A stretch of 64,000 nt of DNA from NCBI GenBank assembly GCA_951406725.2, contig OX597837.1, positions 26,784,001-26,848,000 of the forward strand, in the 5' to 3' direction. Positions 63,916 through 64,000 of this stretch are shown piece by piece; the first letter of the stretch is position 1; each line of letters starts with the position of its first letter. The stretch comes from Octopus vulgaris. Lineage: Eukaryota. Position numbers and translations under genes: made by a program. A model generated the notes under the pieces. The model worked only from the letters and a program-made list of their open reading frames with translations. It was not told where the DNA came from and made no database searches.

Positions 63916-64000
63916 GTTACATTATGTATAGAGTTTAGATAGTTATCTGGCTATTTGATAGTTATGAAAAAATAGTTAAAAATGAAGTATTTTTTCATAA

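Overview
AT-rich, repeat-saturated eukaryotic non-coding DNA. The SINE repertoire and extreme microsatellite density resemble an octopus (cephalopod) genome; this is inferred from repeat content and not verified. No intact protein-coding gene is present, and nearly every ORF in the track is a microsatellite or SINE read-through. The window contains: (1) five SINE families, labelled A-E here (A-D have tRNA-like heads; E is seen only as 3' parts); (2) 3' ends of CR1 and R4/Dong-clade LINEs; (3) an (AAT)n-targeting ~555-bp element F; (4) two TTAA-specific piggyBac-type MITE families G and H, a hAT MITE, a Helitron and a solo LTR; (5) several minisatellites. Three signals stand out. First, plus-strand splice signals suggest a very long intron: a textbook recursive-splicing ratchet point (polypyrimidine-AG|GTAAGT at 2574/2575, with a 31-nt RS-exon), a 55-nt non-coding exon candidate and a 54-nt in-frame microexon candidate. 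Second, three different short repeat families, mostly beside (TA)n arrays, carry minimal type-I hammerhead-ribozyme folds; one appears to have a G3-C8 covaried core. Third, SINE A appears to insert into its own sequence at a fixed site, producing multimers. Coordinates were read by eye; ends of degenerate copies are approximate.
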